From the NCBI RefSeq assembly GCF_004010195.1, contig NW_025214722.1, positions 1-50,000 of the forward strand: a stretch of DNA of 50,000 nucleotides. Direction: 5' to 3'. The translations under genes and the position numbers were made by a program. Below the pieces are notes generated by a model that was not told where the DNA came from, did not search any database, and saw only the letters and a program-made list of their open reading frames with translations. This document shows positions 13,163-50,000 of this stretch, one piece after another. Position 1 is the first letter of the stretch. Every line of letters begins with the position of its first letter. The DNA comes from Chiloscyllium plagiosum. Lineage: Eukaryota.

Positions 13163-13194
13163 TGCAGAAAGTTCTGTTTCCAGCAGAGGGCAAC
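13163..13194 (+). promoter_or_regulatory. Candidate CTCF site (core CCAGCAGAGGGCA with upstream TGCAG module)
   Basis: Core at 13180-13192 matches CCASYAGRKGGCR; TGCAG starts 17 nt upstream. Confidence 0.55.
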
Positions 13195-13910
13195 ACAGTC
13201 AACCCCGACGATTTTAATGACATTAAGGGTTTTCAAACACTTTCTCGACGATGATTATTTTGGCTCTTACACTGGCTAGAAATTGCAAAAGCGTTGGTTA
13301 GAAGATAGGTATGAGTTTTAGAAGACAAAGATTTGTTACACAATGGCGCGGAGAGAAACGCACACAGCGTACCGTACAATATTAAAGGAGAATGAGTTTC
13401 TGTGCAAGGATTCGCTTTCCTTTGTAAACTTTATTGGAGTTTATTGGAGAAAGTGAGGACTACAGTTCTTGACCAGGACTGAAGTCCTCCAACATTGAAA
13501 ACTTTCTTGGGGCGCCCGCTCCCCCGGCAAACACAAGCTTAGGAGTTGCAGTGAACTGATAAATATTCACATGATCTACTGTAAACTGTGTGGGAAGCTA
13601 GGGACGAATATGCATCGCCAAGCGGAAAACACTGCTCTTCCTCTTCTCTCTCACCCCACCCCTAGACATCACATCCCTCCAGATTAAAGGCCAATGCAAC
13701 GTGCAAACCGGCTGAAATTTATTTAGGCTTATTATATCTAGTTCTCCCCGGCCTGGGGTGAATGTTGGTGTCTGTACGAGACTGGATTGCACTCGGCCAA
13801 CTCCCCTCTGGCTTTGGGAGTTCGCTCAGCCACGGTGCCCTGTGTCCGGAAGCCCATAGCGCCTGCTCGGTCCGCATTCCCTCTATGTCAATCACGGCGC
13901 GTCCCGCACT

Positions 13911-14030
13911 CCAATTGGCCAGCTCTGTACTTACGTCACAGCTACCGTGTGATTGACAGGCGTAGGGGGCTTTCCCATTGGCGGCGGCTGGCCGGGGGGC
14001 GGGGCGGCGTGTGCCGGGAGTTGATTTAAG
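13911..14030 (+). promoter_or_regulatory. Core promoter cluster: CCAAT (13911), ATF/CRE-like TTACGTCA (13931-13938), inverted CCAAT (~13977), GC box GGGGCGGGGCGG (13996-14007), TATA-like GATTTAAG (14023-14030)
   Basis: Motifs read directly, in canonical order, 180-300 bp upstream of the ATG; no ATG between the TATA-like box and the start codon. Confidence 0.7.
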
Positions 14031-14211
14031 GGGCACTCCCCCCATTCGCCCTGCCGCACATTTTCATCCGTTTCCGGTGGGTGAGGGGGCCTCGTGTGGG
14101 GGGGAAAAAAACATTTAAAAAAAAACAAAAAGTGCTTCGGCCAGGTCTATTTATCTTCTGTAGTTTTGAAGTCATACTTTATTTGTCGCCTGAGCGCAAC
14201 CTGAAGAAGAA

Positions 14212-49856
<35,645 letters not shown>

Positions 49857-50000
49857 GTGAGTGATAGTCTTTTTTGATCATTTTATTTTTTTTCGACTTC
49901 CACTATATTGAAAAGTATGCCAATACTGTTCACAAGATTTAAAGCTTTTTAACTAGTTTGTTGAAGCCTATTCAAAAAAATAGTAAAATTCAAAGTTCCA

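Noticed and set aside
13699..13703. Hypoxia-response element ACGTG (and E-box CACGTG at ~14948)
   Set aside because: 5-6-bp motifs expected by chance in a CpG island; no supporting context.
13598..14128. Overlapping short ORFs at the promoter
   Set aside because: By-product of high GC content; no recognisable domain.

Overview
This is eukaryotic DNA from a cartilaginous fish (elasmobranch, inferred from the HE1/V-SINE copies and the shark-type N-terminus MGKGTASDKYEPAATSENAT). It holds the promoter and the first 18 coding exons of the Na+/K+-ATPase alpha-1 gene atp1a1 (+ strand, ATG at 14212, 2,578 coding nt, all introns GT-AG, frame intact); the gene continues past the window end. Bases 1-12.9 kb, intron 1 (15.5 kb) and intron 3 (8.3 kb) are packed with nested retroelements: CR1 and L2 LINEs, HE1 and Deu-type SINEs, and Penelope-like elements (PLEs). 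Main points of interest: (i) short fold-back PLE-derived insertions with target-site duplications (TSDs) that carry minimal hammerhead ribozyme cores, the best being a 91-bp near-perfect hairpin in intron 3 with a hammerhead on each strand; (ii) unusual substitutions at normally conserved M1/M2 positions of the pump; (iii) a candidate CTCF site at the boundary between the TE field and the CpG island, plus a CRE/GC-box promoter. Exon coordinates are exact. Most TE boundaries are approximate and TE family names come from recalled consensus motifs, not a database search.
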